64,000 nucleotides of DNA from an uncultured Rhodospirillaceae bacterium (GCA_963977005.1 CAXBMQ010000024.1:1050-65049), one strand, 5' to 3'; positions 49,968 to 60,266 are shown, counted from the stretch's first letter. Notes: generated by a model from the letters alone, not told the origin. A program made the numbers and translations.

Positions 49968-50927
49968 CTACGCCCAAATGTCTTCCCAGGAGCCCTGGGT
50001 CGCGGCCTTGGAATACTCGGTCGACCGGTTTTCGAAGAAATTAGTGTGTTCCATGCCGTTGAGCATTTCATCCATCCACGGCAGCGGGTTCTTTTCCAGC
50101 CGGTAAATCGGCTGAAGACCCAGTTGCGTCAGACGGCGATCGGCGATGTAGCGGATATACTGCTTCACTTCCGCACCGGCGAGACCTTCGACACCGCCGA
50201 GTTCGAATGCCAAATCGATAAACGCATCTTCGTGCTCGACCATTTCGGAGCAGGTCACGTAAAGCGACCGCTGGAATTCCTCGGTCCAGATTTCGGGATT
50301 CTCCGAAATGAAGGTGCGGAACAGCTTGATGATGGATTCGGTATGCAGGCTTTCGTCGCGCACCGACCAGGAAATGATCTGTCCCATCCCCTTCATCTTG
50401 TTGAAGCGCGGAAAGTTCATCAGGATGGCAAAGCTGGCAAATAACTGCAGCCCTTCGGTAAAGGCGCCGAAGACGGCCAGTGTCTGTGCGACGTTCTCCT
50501 TCGTGCTTACGTCGAACTTGTGCAGATAGTCGACCTTGTCTTTCATTTCCTTGTAGTGAAGAAACGCCTGATATTCCGTTTGCGGCATACCGATCGTGTC
50601 GAGAAGATGCGAATACGCAGCAATGTGAACGGTTTCCATATTCGAAAACGCCGACAGCATCATCTGCACTTCGGTCGGTTCGAACACGCGCGAGTACTGC
50701 TTCATATAGCAGTTAGCGACTTCGATATCGGACTGGGTGAAGAACCGGAAAATCTGGGTCAGCAGATTGCGCTCTTCCGCGGTCATCTTGTTGTGCCAGT
50801 CCTTCACATCGTCGGCCAACGGCACTTCTTCGGGCAGCCAGTGCACCCGCTGCTGCATCAGCCAGGCATCGTACGCCCAAGGATATCGGAACGGTTTGTA
50901 GACCGGATTGGCTTCAAGTAACGACAT
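49968..50927 (-). CDS. nrdB: Ribonucleotide reductase class Ia beta subunit
   Basis: HWLPEEV, FTQSD, ETVHIAAY (radical Tyr), EGLQLF, RDESLH, NFFE. Confidence 0.95.
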   Translation of the reverse strand: MSLLEANPVYKPFRYPWAYDAWLMQQRVHWLPEEVPLADDVKDWHNKMTAEERNLLTQIFRFFTQSDIEVANCYMKQYSRVFEPTEVQMMLSAFSNMETVHIAAYSHLLDTIGMPQTEYQAFLHYKEMKDKVDYLHKFDVSTKENVAQTLAVFGAFTEGLQLFASFAILMNFPRFNKMKGMGQIISWSVRDESLHTESIIKLFRTFISENPEIWTEEFQRSLYVTCSEMVEHEDAFIDLAFELGGVEGLAGAEVKQYIRYIADRRLTQLGLQPIYRLEKNPLPWMDEMLNGMEHTNFFENRSTEYSKAATQGSWEDIWA

Positions 50928-51004
50928 TCTTCACTTCACTCCTTCGCCCTCTCCCCCATAGAAGAAGGGTATTATCCCCTGCCCGCCATTGGCTTGCTGA
51001 AAGC

Positions 51005-52912
51005 TTACTGGCAGCTCAGGCATTCCTCGTAATCGTAATCGTTTTCGTTTTCGTCCGACGCGGCCAGCGGCAGCGGTGGAATGGCACCGTCTACCGGCAG
51101 CGGCAGACCGCCCGTCGTCGGAGCCGCCGTCGCACCGGTCACTGACAGGCTGGCATGGCTCTCGGCCCGCGCCACAGAGCGCGAACGGCAGTAATAGAGC
51201 GATTTCACACCCTTCTGCCAGGCCCGCCAGTGGACATCGTGGAGAGTTTTCTTCTCCACATCGGCCGGCAGGAACACGTTCAGCGACTGCGACTGACAGA
51301 TATATTCGGCGCGATCGCCCGCATGATCGACAAGCCAGCGCTGATCGATCTCGAACGCGGTCTTGAAGGTGTCCTTTTCGTCATCCGACAGAAAGTCGAG
51401 ATGCTGGACGGAACCTTCATTGACGGTGATCGACGACCAGGTATCGTCGTCGTCCCTGCCTTTTTCGGCCAGCAGCGCTTTGAGGAACTTGTTGCGGACA
51501 CTGAACGAGCCAGAAAGCGTCTTATGCGTATAGGCATTCGCCGCATTCGGCTCGATGCCCGGCGACGAACCGCCGCAGATGATCGAAATCGATGCCGTCG
51601 GTGCGATCGCCATCTTGTTCGAGAACCGCTCCATGATGCCGTATTCGGCGGCATCGGGGCACGGCCCGCGCTCTTCGGCGAGTTTCACCGAGGCGGCATC
51701 CGCACCTTCCTTTATCTGCTTGAAGATCCGCTTGTTCCAGACCTTCGCCATGACCGATTCCATCGGAATGTTCTGGCTCTGCAGGAAAGAGTGATAGCCC
51801 ATCACGCCAAGCCCGACCGAACGTTCGCGCATCGCGGAATACTTGGCGCGTTCCATTGAATCGGGTGCGCGGTCGATAAAGTCCTGAATGACGTTGTCGA
51901 GGAAACGCATAATATCCTCGACGATCGTCGGATGGTCTTTCCACTCCATGTAGGTCTCGAGATTCATCGACGAGAGACAGCACACCGCGGTCCGCTGTTC
52001 GCCATCCTTGTCGATCCCCGTAGGCAGCGTGATCTCGCTGCACAGGTTGGACATCTTGACCTCGAGCCCGGCAAGCTTGTGATGTTCCGGGATCGCCTTG
52101 TTGACGTGGTCGATATACAGGAAATAGGGCTCGCCGGTTTCGATCCGGGTCGACAGCATGCGGATCCACAGGCTGCGGGCGGACACCTTGCGGATCACCG
52201 CCTGGTCTTTCGGGCTCTTCAGCCCCCATTCCTCGTCGTTCTCAACCGCGCGCATGAACTCGTCAGGGATGATGATCCCGTGATGCAGGTTCAGCGCCTT
52301 GCGGTTCGGATCGCCGCCGGTCGGACGGCGCAACTCGATAAATTCCTCGATTTCAGGGTGATCGACACGGATATAGATCGCCGCCGAGCCGCGCCGGAGC
52401 GAGCCCTGCGAAATCGCCAGGGTGAGCGAATCCATCACGCGAATGAAGGGTATAATGCCCGAGGTTTTGCCGTTCGCACCGACCTTTTCGCCAATCGACC
52501 GCAGATTGCCCCAGTAAGAGCCGATACCGCCGCCGAGCGAGGCCAGCCAGACGTTCTCGTTCCACAGGTTGACGATGCCGTCAAGGCTGTCGGTGGCCTC
52601 GTTCAGGAAGCAGGAGATCGGCAGACCGCGATCGGTACCGCCATTCGACAAAACCGGCGTCGACGGCATGAACCACAGATTCGACATATAATCGTAGATT
52701 CGCTGGGCATGCGCTGAATCGTCCGCAAAATGGCACGATACGCGCGCAAAAAGGTCCTGATACTCCTCGCCGGGCATCAAATATCGGTCGGTCAGCACCG
52801 CTTTGCCGAAATCGGTCAGGTTCGCATCGCGACTGCGATCAATCTTGACCGCAATTCCCTTTTTTGACTGGAAAAGATCATGTTCCGTCTGCACCAGATC
52901 TAGCACGCCCAA
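51005..52912 (-). CDS. nrdA: Ribonucleotide reductase class I alpha subunit (no ATP cone)
   Basis: STPVLSN, PISCF, SNLCSEI, IAPTAS, KSLYY, C-terminal CLSCQ. Confidence 0.95.
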   Translation of the reverse strand: MGVLDLVQTEHDLFQSKKGIAVKIDRSRDANLTDFGKAVLTDRYLMPGEEYQDLFARVSCHFADDSAHAQRIYDYMSNLWFMPSTPVLSNGGTDRGLPISCFLNEATDSLDGIVNLWNENVWLASLGGGIGSYWGNLRSIGEKVGANGKTSGIIPFIRVMDSLTLAISQGSLRRGSAAIYIRVDHPEIEEFIELRRPTGGDPNRKALNLHHGIIIPDEFMRAVENDEEWGLKSPKDQAVIRKVSARSLWIRMLSTRIETGEPYFLYIDHVNKAIPEHHKLAGLEVKMSNLCSEITLPTGIDKDGEQRTAVCCLSSMNLETYMEWKDHPTIVEDIMRFLDNVIQDFIDRAPDSMERAKYSAMRERSVGLGVMGYHSFLQSQNIPMESVMAKVWNKRIFKQIKEGADAASVKLAEERGPCPDAAEYGIMERFSNKMAIAPTASISIICGGSSPGIEPNAANAYTHKTLSGSFSVRNKFLKALLAEKGRDDDDTWSSITVNEGSVQHLDFLSDDEKDTFKTAFEIDQRWLVDHAGDRAEYICQSQSLNVFLPADVEKKTLHDVHWRAWQKGVKSLYYCRSRSVARAESHASLSVTGATAAPTTGGLPLPVDGAIPPLPLAASDENENDYDYEECLSCQ

Positions 52913-53085
52913 CCTCCTTCTAAAAACGACTCGTCAGGGGGCAGTTAGCGTGTCCCGCGCGAACGTACCCCCTCGGATATTCACGCTGGCTGGCAGGTTT
53001 AGGTTGCTGTCTGGTAACGGCAAAAACTGGCCGTTTTCCGGTATGCGCACCCCGCCCCGCGACCCGAAAAGTATCCACAAGCATC

Positions 53086-53094
53086 TGTGGATAA
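53086..53094. promoter_or_regulatory. DnaA box
   Basis: TGTGGATAA (reverse complement of TTATCCACA), with an inverted 1-mismatch box GTATCCACA at 53071-53079. Confidence 0.6.
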
Positions 53095-53175
53095 CTTTCC
53101 CCGGTGGCCGCGACGTAGGAGTGTGCATCAACATCTAGGGTACCGTCAATCAAAAAGGGCTAAATGATGATATAT

Positions 53176-53191
53176 CCACAACATGTTGTGG
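53176..53191. promoter_or_regulatory. NrdR box
   Basis: CCACAACATGTTGTGG inside the perfect palindrome ATATCCACAACATGTTGTGGATAT upstream of nrdA; weaker copy at 53126-53141. Confidence 0.75.
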
Positions 53192-53328
53192 ATATCCCGT
53201 GAGAACGGCAGAATTCGGCAGGTTCTAAAAACGGGGACAGATGTGTACTAAAATTCCCGGACCCGCAGACACGGTTTGGGCCGCATTTCACACCCTATTT
53301 CGATTCGTTAGGCAAATGAAGGATTCGT

Positions 53329-53799
53329 TCAGCGCGGTTTGAGACAGCGCTCGAAAGCAGCCAGCGTTTCCTCGGAAACATGGTGCTCCAGCCCCTCGGC
53401 ATCGGCACGGGCAACTTCCTCACTGACGCCTATCGCCGTGAGGAACTCGACAACGATCTGGTGCCGTCGGCGGGATGCCTCTGCCACCCGGCGACCGTCC
53501 TCGGTCAGAAAAATTGCGCGGTAAGGTTGGGTTTCGATCCAGCCAGTCTCTTTCAGGCGGCCGATCATTCGGGCAACGGTCGGCGTCGTAACACCCAGCC
53601 GCTTGGCGATATCGACAGAGCGCGCTTCGCCTGTCGAATCGATCAGGTCGGCAATCAGCTCGACATAGTCTTCCATCACCTCGCTCTGGCGCGCGGCGCG
53701 CACCTGGCGGTGGTGGTCGGCCTGCTTGTCCGGTTCCGGCAGAACCGGGGCAACCGGCGGCCGCTTGTCGGAGGGATCGATTTTCAGCTTGCCTGACAT
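53329..53799 (-). CDS. mntR: Manganese-responsive regulator (DtxR/MntR)
   Basis: [42 protein letters not shown]. Confidence 0.92.
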   Translation of the reverse strand: MSGKLKIDPSDKRPPVAPVLPEPDKQADHHRQVRAARQSEVMEDYVELIADLIDSTGEARSVDIAKRLGVTTPTVARMIGRLKETGWIETQPYRAIFLTEDGRRVAEASRRRHQIVVEFLTAIGVSEEVARADAEGLEHHVSEETLAAFERCLKPR

Positions 53800-53924
53800 A
53801 ACGCCACTATGCCGCAACCCGCCGTCTCTGCCAACGGACCGATACCGGTCAATTCTGTGCAATCCGGCTTGATATACGTGGCCGAAAGGTCCTAGTTATC
53901 AAAGGTTGAGGAGCTTGATCCAAT

Positions 53925-54899
53925 ATGTCACTGCGAAAACCCTCAAAGCGCGGCGCTACCGGACGACTGCTCGGTCGCCGGCGCTTCCTGGCAACGGCTG
54001 CCGCATCCGGCGCAGCGCTCTCGCTTGATCTGCCGGCGGTGCTGGCGAACCCGCGCATAATGCCTGCCGGCCCGCCTATTCTCCGCGCGATCCCCGGTTC
54101 GAAGGAGCATATACCGGCCATTGGCATGGGAACCTGGATAACATTCAACGTCGGCCGCAGCCAGCGTCTGCGCGATGCCCGGGCAGACGTCCTAAAGACA
54201 TTCTTCGACATGGGCGGCTCCGTCGTCGATTCATCTCCGATGTACGGGTCCTCGGAGGACGTCATCGGATATTGCCTCGACAGGATCGGCCGGCGGGACG
54301 ATCTTTTCAGCGCCACAAAAATCTGGACACCTCTGATTGCAGACGGGGAAACCCAGATGGCCGACTCCCGCAAGCTATGGGGCGTCGAGAAGTTCGATCT
54401 GATGCAGGTCCACAACCTGGTCAACTGGGAAGGCCATCTCGAAACGCTTGCCGAAGACAAAGCAGCCGGTCGCGTCCGACATATCGGGATCACTACCTCC
54501 CATGGCAGTCGCCACGAAGAGATAGCGCGGGTGATGGCCGACCCTCGGGTGGATGCGGTGCAGTTCACCTACAACATAGTCGACCGGGCGGCGGAACAGC
54601 GTCTGCTGCCGCTGGCGGCGGAACGCGGCCTTGCGGTCGTGATCAACCGGCCGTTCCGGCGTGGCGATCTGTTCCGGCGTTTTGCCGGGAACCCGCTTCC
54701 CGAATGGGCTGCAGAGTTCGATTGTACGAATTGGGCGCAGTTCTTCCTGAAATTCGTCATCTCACATCCCGGCGTGACCTGCGCAATCCCGGCAACATCA
54801 AAGGTCGCGCATATGAACGAAAACATGGGCGCGCTGTATGGTGTGCTGCCGGACGCAGCCATGCGGACGCGCATGATCCGCCATATAGAAAGTCTCTGA
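53925..54899 (+). CDS. Aldo/keto reductase with Tat-like signal
   Basis: GRRRFL + hydrophobic stretch; IGMGTW, DSSPMYG, ATK, QVHNL, IPATSK. Confidence 0.88.
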   Translation: MSLRKPSKRGATGRLLGRRRFLATAAASGAALSLDLPAVLANPRIMPAGPPILRAIPGSKEHIPAIGMGTWITFNVGRSQRLRDARADVLKTFFDMGGSVVDSSPMYGSSEDVIGYCLDRIGRRDDLFSATKIWTPLIADGETQMADSRKLWGVEKFDLMQVHNLVNWEGHLETLAEDKAAGRVRHIGITTSHGSRHEEIARVMADPRVDAVQFTYNIVDRAAEQRLLPLAAERGLAVVINRPFRRGDLFRRFAGNPLPEWAAEFDCTNWAQFFLKFVISHPGVTCAIPATSKVAHMNENMGALYGVLPDAAMRTRMIRHIESL

Positions 54900-54903
54900 G
54901 CGA

Positions 54904-55569
54904 ATGCTGCCCTATACAGCAGAGGTCCTGTTCGCCCTGTTCGACGAATACAACAGGGCGATCCGGCCATTGCAGGGTGTCGCCCTTTTCCTGACCGCCG
55001 GCGTGTTGATGCTGGCCCTGCGGTCGCGCGAGAACAGAAGCCGCGTCATCATCGCGATCCTCGCCGCCGGATGGATCTGGACGGGCGCAGTTTTTCATCT
55101 CGTCCATTTCCGGGAACTCAATTTCGCGGCACCGGCCTATGGCGCGATCTTTATCGCGCAGGGCTTTGTGTTGTTCTGGTTCGGGGTCTACCGGAACCGG
55201 ATTTCCATCCGTTTTCAGCGGAAACCGGCAAGCTATGCCGGCGGCGCTATTTTCATCCTGTCCGCCGTGATTCTGCCCGTGATCGACTGGCATCACGGCC
55301 TGTCCTGGACCGAGGCCCGTTTCGCCCTTCTGGCACCGGGTACCACGGCCGGGCTGACACTGGGACTACTGATGATGGTAGACCGGCGCCCGCCGCTCTG
55401 GGCCGGCGCAATCCCGGTGCTCTGGACCACGATTGCCGGCGCCCATGCAGCGGTTCTGGGTATCTATCAGGATATCGCCCTGACCGCCGCCGGGCTTATT
55501 GCCCTGTTCTGGCTCGTCGCCCGGGCACGCGTGTTGCTCGAACGGATCGACGATATCGATCAGTTGTAG
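54904..55569 (+). CDS. Membrane protein (DUF6064-like)
   Basis: MLPYT...LFDEYN N-terminus, about 7 TM helices, 4 bp after the AKR stop. Confidence 0.7.
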   Translation: MLPYTAEVLFALFDEYNRAIRPLQGVALFLTAGVLMLALRSRENRSRVIIAILAAGWIWTGAVFHLVHFRELNFAAPAYGAIFIAQGFVLFWFGVYRNRISIRFQRKPASYAGGAIFILSAVILPVIDWHHGLSWTEARFALLAPGTTAGLTLGLLMMVDRRPPLWAGAIPVLWTTIAGAHAAVLGIYQDIALTAAGLIALFWLVARARVLLERIDDIDQL

Positions 55570-56432
55570 CGATCCTCGAATTCCGTGATTTCATTGAAGC
55601 CCATAAGGTCATTGAACTCCGCAAACGAGAACAAATCCATACCGCCCTTTTCCGCGTCGCCCTGCTCTTTGAGCGCGCCGTAAACCGCATTAAGCGCATT
55701 GCAGGTCGCCAGGAAGCCGGAGGACGGGAAAATCGCGATGCGATACCCGAGTGCCTTCAGTTCTTCCGGCTTCATCACCGGCGTTACGCCGCCGTTCACC
55801 ATGTTCGACAGGAGCGGAATGTCGCTGCCGAACCGCGCGCCGATTTCCCGCATTTCCTCGACATCCGCAGGCGCCTCGTAAAACAGGATATCGGCCCCCG
55901 CCGCGACATACATCTCCGAGCGCCGCATGGCCTCGTCGCGCCCCACCGCTTTGCGCGCATCGGTGCGGGCAATAATCAACGTATCGTCGGAAAACCGGCT
56001 GTCGAGCGCGACCTTGATCTTCGTGACCATATCTTCCGCCGGTATCAGCTTGTGCCCGGTCAGGTGACCGCATTTCTTGGGAAAATCCTGGTCTTCGATC
56101 TGGATTGCAGAAACCCCCGCCATCTCGTAGCCGCGCACCGTTTCGCGCACGTTCACCGGTCCGCCATAGCCCGTATCGGCGTCGGCGATCAGGGGCGTCT
56201 GCGTGCCCCCGGCCACCCGCCCCGCGCGCGACACCATGTCGGTATAGGTCGCGATGCCTGCATCCGGCAGTCCCAGGTACGATGCAACCGTCCCCGAACC
56301 GGTCATGTAGAGCGCATGGAAGCCCATACGGTCGGCCATCTTGGCAGAGATCATGTCGTAAACGCCCGGGGCCACGATAAAGTCGTCCCCGTCACGGAGT
56401 TTCGCCGCGAGGGTCGCTGATTTCGATTGCAT
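55560..56432 (-). CDS. Isocitrate lyase/PEP mutase family enzyme (PrpB/dimethylmalate lyase-like)
   Basis: PGVYD, ADADTGYG, IEDQ, PKKCGH, ARTDA. Confidence 0.92.
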   Translation of the reverse strand: MQSKSATLAAKLRDGDDFIVAPGVYDMISAKMADRMGFHALYMTGSGTVASYLGLPDAGIATYTDMVSRAGRVAGGTQTPLIADADTGYGGPVNVRETVRGYEMAGVSAIQIEDQDFPKKCGHLTGHKLIPAEDMVTKIKVALDSRFSDDTLIIARTDARKAVGRDEAMRRSEMYVAAGADILFYEAPADVEEMREIGARFGSDIPLLSNMVNGGVTPVMKPEELKALGYRIAIFPSSGFLATCNALNAVYGALKEQGDAEKGGMDLFSFAEFNDLMGFNEITEFEDRYN

Positions 56433-56537
56433 TGATGGAGCTCCTGTTTGCTGCGCGGAATATAGTGCGCTGCCGAAATCAGGCAAGGCGCGGATCGTGT
56501 CTCCTGAGCGTTCAGCGCGCACTGCCGCCGCAGGTGT

Positions 56538-57830
56538 CTACCTGGCCAGATTCCGGTCGATCTCCCGCGCATGGGCGATCAGTTCGGCGTCGTCCCCGAC
56601 CCGGGCGGCCAACTGCACGCCGACGGGCATATTATTCGGCCCGGTCGCAACCGGCAGCGTCATGGTCGGACCGTGCATCAGTGTCCACATCCGGTTGAAC
56701 GACGACATCGTCGGGCTCACAAGGTCTGCCGGCGCCTCGCCCGCCGTCGACGGCGTCAGCAGAACCGGGAAATCGTCATAGATTCCACCGAGAGCGACCC
56801 GTGCCGAGCTCGCACCGGCCAGCGCGGTTGCATAGTCCTCGTCGCTCCAGCTGGATTCGCCGGTCTCGCGCATCCACGGATTCATTTTGTCCATATGGTC
56901 GCGGAAATCGTCGGCGAGGGCGGCCTTGCCCTCGTAATGCGAGATCACCCTGAAAGATTGCTCTATTGCGTCGAATTCGTGCGGAAGGTCGACATCGACC
57001 ACATCGTACCCTGCAGCCGAAAGCGTCGATGCCGCCGTCTCGAGCGCCGCCTGCACGTAATCGGCAGCCTCTGCCCACATCGGTGTCCGGCAGAGACCGA
57101 TGCGCGGGCGCGGGGCCTCTTCAGGCACGAAATGCCGCGTCACCGCGCCATACACGAGCGCGATATCTTCGACCGACCGGCCGAAATATCCGAGTGTATC
57201 GAGCGTTTTCTTCAAACCCTGAATACCGGTCCGGTCGAGCCCGTCGAGACTCGCCTTGTAACCCACGACACCGCAGAACGCGGCGGGCAGGATCACGGAG
57301 CCACCCGTCTGGGTACCATTTGCCAGCGGCACCATGAAATCGGCGACCGCCGCCGCCGAGCCGCTGGACGATACACCGGGCGTCCGATCGGTGTCGTGCG
57401 GGTTACGGACGCCGACCGGCAGCGGGCTGGCAAACTGGGTCGTCGTCGTTTTGCCAAGTATTACTGCGCCGGCCGCCCGCAATGCCGCCACGCAATACGA
57501 ATCTTTCTCCGGGCGGTGTCCGGCATAGATTTCGGATCCGTATTCCGTGGGCATATCCGATGTATCCAGCACATCCTTCACACCGACGGGCACACCGTGA
57601 AGCGGTCCGATCAGCGTATCGGCGGCATCGCAGGCCCCGGCCTGTTTCAGCGCATAAGCCCTGTCGAGAAAAGTCCATGCACCGAGCGTATCGTCATGCG
57701 CCGCGATACGCTCGAGACAATCCGATACCAGCTCCTCCGAGGTAATCTCGTCGGCAGCGATACGCCGTGCCGCCTCGCTCGCCGTCAGGGCGGACAGGCC
57801 CGGCGGAGCCTCAGCCACAAAATTGCTCAT
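56538..57830 (-). CDS. Amidase signature family enzyme
   Basis: GPLHGVPVGVKD, PGVSSSGSAAAV, GTQTGGSVILPAAFCGVVG. Confidence 0.92.
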   Translation of the reverse strand: MSNFVAEAPPGLSALTASEAARRIAADEITSEELVSDCLERIAAHDDTLGAWTFLDRAYALKQAGACDAADTLIGPLHGVPVGVKDVLDTSDMPTEYGSEIYAGHRPEKDSYCVAALRAAGAVILGKTTTTQFASPLPVGVRNPHDTDRTPGVSSSGSAAAVADFMVPLANGTQTGGSVILPAAFCGVVGYKASLDGLDRTGIQGLKKTLDTLGYFGRSVEDIALVYGAVTRHFVPEEAPRPRIGLCRTPMWAEAADYVQAALETAASTLSAAGYDVVDVDLPHEFDAIEQSFRVISHYEGKAALADDFRDHMDKMNPWMRETGESSWSDEDYATALAGASSARVALGGIYDDFPVLLTPSTAGEAPADLVSPTMSSFNRMWTLMHGPTMTLPVATGPNNMPVGVQLAARVGDDAELIAHAREIDRNLAR

Positions 57831-58645
57831 GCAGTTTCGGCTTCCTGCCGGTATTGCGGGTCCGTATAGCGCTCTCCCGCCTTACGGACGTGCGCCAGGA
57901 CGCGCGCATCGCGATCCTCCGTCGGTATCGGATCCGCGTCCCAGTTGCCCCACGAATCGACACCGCGCACAAGGTCCGCGGGGCGGCGGCCAAGAGTCGA
58001 TTTCACGTGCGCGGGGAAATAGAAAATACCGATACCGATCCGCATCCTGTCCGTATCGTTGGCCGCCGAACCGTGAACGATACGTTCGTGATGGCAGGAA
58101 AACTGCCCGGCATTCAATGTCAGATCGACAGCGCCGGATTCGTCGATCTGGGCGATCGACTGGCCCCGCGCCAGAAGGTTTTTCTCGTCGAACGTTTCGA
58201 CATGCGAATAGGTTTGGCCCCGGTGGGTCCCCGGGATAACCCGGACACAACCGTTTTCGGGATTGCTGTCGGTCAGCGCCAGCCAGACCGTAACAAGCTC
58301 GTGAGGATCCAGTCCGAAATAGGCCGAATCCTGATGCCAGGACACGAACGAGCCATCGCGGCCCGGCTTCATCCAGAACCGTGACGACAGCGCCATGATG
58401 TTGGGGCCGATCAGATCTTCAACAACATCGAGAATTTTGGGATGACGGGAAAACTCGTAGGACCGGCGGAAACACAGGTGCCCTTTGACGACGATCGACG
58501 ACGCCAGTTCGCCTTCGTCCCGTTCGAACGCCTCCAGATCGGCGCACATTGCCTCTGCGTCTTTCGGGTCAACGCCATCGAGCGGCGCGAGATAGCCGTT
58601 TTCGCGGTAAAAAACGACCTGGTCTTCGGTCAAAGCTTTCGGCAT
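57827..58645 (-). CDS. PhyH-family Fe(II)/2-oxoglutarate dioxygenase
   Basis: FYRENGY, WHQDSAY, VWLAL...NGC, HGS...R; start 58645 (or GTG 58678). Confidence 0.9.
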   Translation of the reverse strand: MPKALTEDQVVFYRENGYLAPLDGVDPKDAEAMCADLEAFERDEGELASSIVVKGHLCFRRSYEFSRHPKILDVVEDLIGPNIMALSSRFWMKPGRDGSFVSWHQDSAYFGLDPHELVTVWLALTDSNPENGCVRVIPGTHRGQTYSHVETFDEKNLLARGQSIAQIDESGAVDLTLNAGQFSCHHERIVHGSAANDTDRMRIGIGIFYFPAHVKSTLGRRPADLVRGVDSWGNWDADPIPTEDRDARVLAHVRKAGERYTDPQYRQEAETA

Positions 58646-58682
58646 CGGGGCGACACTCCTGGTGGGCTTGAAGACTGACAGT

Positions 58683-60266
58683 TTACCCCTCTGCCCGGAG
58701 CTTGAAACGCTGTATTTTGCCGGTCGCGGTTTTCGGCAGTTCCTCGACGAACCTGAACCAGCGCGGATACTTGTAGCGCGCCAGGCCGTCCTTGCAGTGT
58801 TCAAGCAGTTCGGCCGCCAGGTCGTCGTTCGCATCACCGTGCTCTTTGAGGATGATGTGCGCTTCGGGCTTGACCAGACCGTCATCGTCCTCGCGGCCGA
58901 CCACTCCGGCCTCGAGGACCTTCGGATGATCGATCAGGCGGGATTCGATTTCGATCGGCGAACACCATATGCCGCCGACCTTGATCATATCGTCCGACCG
59001 GCCGTTATAGACGTAGTAGCCTTCTTCATCCTGGGTATATGTATCACCGGTGTTCACCCAGTCGTCGCCCAGCATGGTCTGTTTCGTCCGCTCGGGCTGG
59101 TTCCAGTAATAGGCCGCCATGGACTGGCCCTGCACCAGAAGCCGGCCGACCTCGCCCGGTTTTACATCGTTCCCATCGTCGTCGACGATCCGCGCGCGGT
59201 AACCGGGAAGAACCTTGCCGCTGGTTCCCGCCTTAGCATCGTCAGGGCGGTTCGAAATGAAAATATGGGTTGCCTCGGTAGAGCCGATCCCGTCGACAGG
59301 CGGATAGCCGACGGCGTCTTTCCACCGGTTGAAGATCGGCGCGGGCAGGGATTCGCCTGCAGAAACGCAGACACGCAGACTCGACAGGTCCGGCTTTTCG
59401 GTCTCCATCGCGCGGCACTGCGCGGCATAGAGCGTTGGCACGCCGTAATAGATGGTGGGCCGGTATTTCTCGATGATCCGGAAAGTCATTTCCGGTGTCG
59501 GACGTTCATCCGACAATACCGTACTGGCCCCATACATCAGCGGAAAATTCATCGAATTGGCGAGACCGTAGGCGAAGAACAGTTTCGCGGCCGAAAACAT
59601 GACGTCGTCTTCGGATATCCGCAGAACCGGTTCGGCATACAGCACCGCGTTGACCAGCAGGTCCCGCTGGCGATGGACCGTTCCTTTGGGGCGGCCGGTC
59701 GAACCCGACGAATAAAGCCAGAAACAGTCCGCCTTCGCGTCAGACGGGTGCGCCTCGAGCTGATCGGATGCCGCAGCGATCATGTCGCTGAGGCCGCCGG
59801 CGCCCTCGGCAAGCGCAACAAAAGGCGGCTTGCGCGATGCCGCCGCCAGCGCCGGCCCGACCTCGTTCTCGAACTCGGGCGAATAGATCAGGGCCGCACA
59901 TTCCGAATCCTCGATCATGTATCGATAATCGGCAGCGCGCAGCAGCGTGTTGATCGGTACCGGGACAATGCCGGCCTTGATCGCCCCATAGAAAAGATAG
60001 AAGAATTCGGGACAGTCCTTGACCACCATCAGCATCCGCCCGCCCGGCGGGATTCCCGCATCCAGCAGCGCGTTGCCGCACCGGTTCACGCGCTCCGCGA
60101 GTTGGCCGTAGCTGACGGTTTCATGCTCGGTGATAACCGCCGTTTTATCGCCACGACCTTCCTTGATGTGCCGGTCGATCATATGAACGGCAACGTTGAA
60201 CGAGTCAGCGAATGTCAGGATCGGTGCCTCGCCCGACCGGTCGATTTGAACCGTGTTCGGTTCCAT
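58683..60266 (-). CDS. Benzoate-CoA ligase
   Basis: FWLYSSGSTGRPKG, KLFFAYGL, SAGE, DGIGSTE..HIF, TGKIQRFKLR; GGAGG RBS. Confidence 0.92.
   Translation of the reverse strand: MEPNTVQIDRSGEAPILTFADSFNVAVHMIDRHIKEGRGDKTAVITEHETVSYGQLAERVNRCGNALLDAGIPPGGRMLMVVKDCPEFFYLFYGAIKAGIVPVPINTLLRAADYRYMIEDSECAALIYSPEFENEVGPALAAASRKPPFVALAEGAGGLSDMIAAASDQLEAHPSDAKADCFWLYSSGSTGRPKGTVHRQRDLLVNAVLYAEPVLRISEDDVMFSAAKLFFAYGLANSMNFPLMYGASTVLSDERPTPEMTFRIIEKYRPTIYYGVPTLYAAQCRAMETEKPDLSSLRVCVSAGESLPAPIFNRWKDAVGYPPVDGIGSTEATHIFISNRPDDAKAGTSGKVLPGYRARIVDDDGNDVKPGEVGRLLVQGQSMAAYYWNQPERTKQTMLGDDWVNTGDTYTQDEEGYYVYNGRSDDMIKVGGIWCSPIEIESRLIDHPKVLEAGVVGREDDDGLVKPEAHIILKEHGDANDDLAAELLEHCKDGLARYKYPRWFRFVEELPKTATGKIQRFKLRAEG

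Noticed and set aside
51005-52912. NrdA lacking an ATP cone as a truncation
   Set aside because: GGAGG RBS precedes the start and all catalytic motifs are present; short ATP-cone-less NrdA is a known type
49968-53799. mntR beside nrdAB as a sign of a Mn-dependent ribonucleotide reductase
   Set aside because: NrdB keeps the Asp ligand and radical Tyr of class Ia, there is no nrdI/nrdH in the window, and a ~415-bp gap with its own regulatory boxes separates the genes
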